Shown here: one piece after another, positions 63,547 to 64,000 of the stretch
How the letters are laid out: each line of letters opens with the position of its first letter
Position numbering within the stretch: the first letter of the stretch is position 1
Assembly: GCA_035699625.1 (NCBI GenBank)
Contig: DASSPM010000159.1
Location: 11,203-75,202, forward strand
Reading direction: 5' to 3'
DNA length: 64,000 bases
DNA from: Candidatus Limnocylindrales bacterium
GTDB lineage: Bacteria; Chloroflexota; Limnocylindria; Limnocylindrales; CSP1-4
Translations under genes and position numbers: made by a program
The notes under the pieces: generated by a model
Told to the model about the DNA's origin: nothing
Seen by the model: the letters and a program-made list of their open reading frames with translations, nothing else
The model's database searches: none

Positions 63547-64000
63547 ATGCGCCGCAAACGCCAACGCCCGCTCGTCGCCCGATCGAACCGCCCCGCGGGC
63601 GACACCCCGCTCGACGAGCACGCCCTCGACGAGCAGGCCCTCGACGAGGCGGAGACGCAGGCGATCCAGGAGGCCACCGTCGAGGCCGCCGCGGCAGCGC
63701 CCGCGGACGCTGCCGTCGTCGAGGAGCCGCCCGCCGGGGTACCTGCAGCGCCCGCGAAGGCCGCCGAGACGGGGGCCGCCGAGGAGTCGGCCACGCCTCC
63801 GGACGGGCCGGCTCCCACGGACGAGCCGCCATGGGCACGCCGCCGCGCCTCGGGCGTGCTCGTGGCGTTCTCCGCGGTGGTCCTGGTGATCGCTCTCGCC
63901 GGGACGGCCGGCTACGGGCTGGCGCTGTTCGTGGCCGGCCTGAACTCCGTGCGGGCGCCCGACGTGCCCTTCGCCAGCCCGACGCCCACCACCGGGATAC
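63547..64000 (+). CDS. hypothetical membrane-anchored protein, 5' part (runs off the right edge)
   Basis: Not in the ORF track because it is open-ended. ATG 63547 opens a stop-free, GC3-rich frame: MRRKRQRPLVARSN..., an acidic/Ala-rich region, then the TM helix VLVAFSAVVLVIALAGTAGYGLALFVAGL. Confidence 0.5.
   Translation, partial: MRRKRQRPLVARSNRPAGDTPLDEHALDEQALDEAETQAIQEATVEAAAAAPADAAVVEEPPAGVPAAPAKAAETGAAEESATPPDGPAPTDEPPWARRRASGVLVAFSAVVLVIALAGTAGYGLALFVAGLNSVRAPDVPFASPTPTTGI

Noticed and set aside
1-64000. Known defence, toxin-antitoxin, mobile-element or secondary-metabolite systems
   Set aside because: I could not recognise any nuclease, helicase, methylase, transposase, integrase, PKS or NRPS signature in any credible ORF. 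The novelty candidates in this window are envelope-related rather than defence-related.

Overview
This is a 64-kb window of very GC-rich chromosomal DNA, about 70% GC by eye. As expected at this GC content, it carries many long shadow ORFs on the opposite strand. Gene content suggests a monoderm, Actinomycetota-like organism: an hsp20-hspR pair with a HAIR-like operator, an LLM/F420-type oxidoreductase, ResB, an LCP ligase and a polyprenol-P-mannose synthase. That placement is inference only. I support about 50 coding genes, one tRNA-Pro(UGG), two tandem repeats, one pseudogene remnant and a few regulatory hairpins or operators. From left to right the window holds: a glnA fragment, a PucR regulator, resB and a Cys/Met PLP enzyme; hsp20-hspR; a GGDEF cyclase, an Lrp regulator and a GAF-EAL phosphodiesterase; housekeeping and lipoprotein genes; a complete ROK-regulated xylFHG-xylAB xylose cluster; an LCP ligase; and rdgB-rph-mazG with a PPIase. 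The most interesting part is a roughly 16-kb cell-envelope glycopolymer locus (33.7-49.5 kb). It has nine translationally coupled genes: a complete WbpD-E-B-A-I-type pathway, predicted to make UDP-2,3-diacetamido-2,3-dideoxy-mannuronic acid, followed by four tandem paralogous glycosyltransferases. These converge on a Wzm/Wzt ABC exporter, with a further GT4 and a KpsS/TagF-like enzyme alongside. The right end holds a second unusual module: two paralogous giant secreted proteins (1284 and 796 aa). Both share FlgD-Ig-like 'FSPNGDG' modules and a homologous C-terminus, but they carry different heads, a GH18 domain versus a putative His/Cys clan-CD-like peptidase domain. They are co-oriented with ppm1 and a GT4. 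I recognised no CRISPR array, transposase, integrase, prophage or known defence system. Product calls come from motif recognition by eye, and no database search was run.
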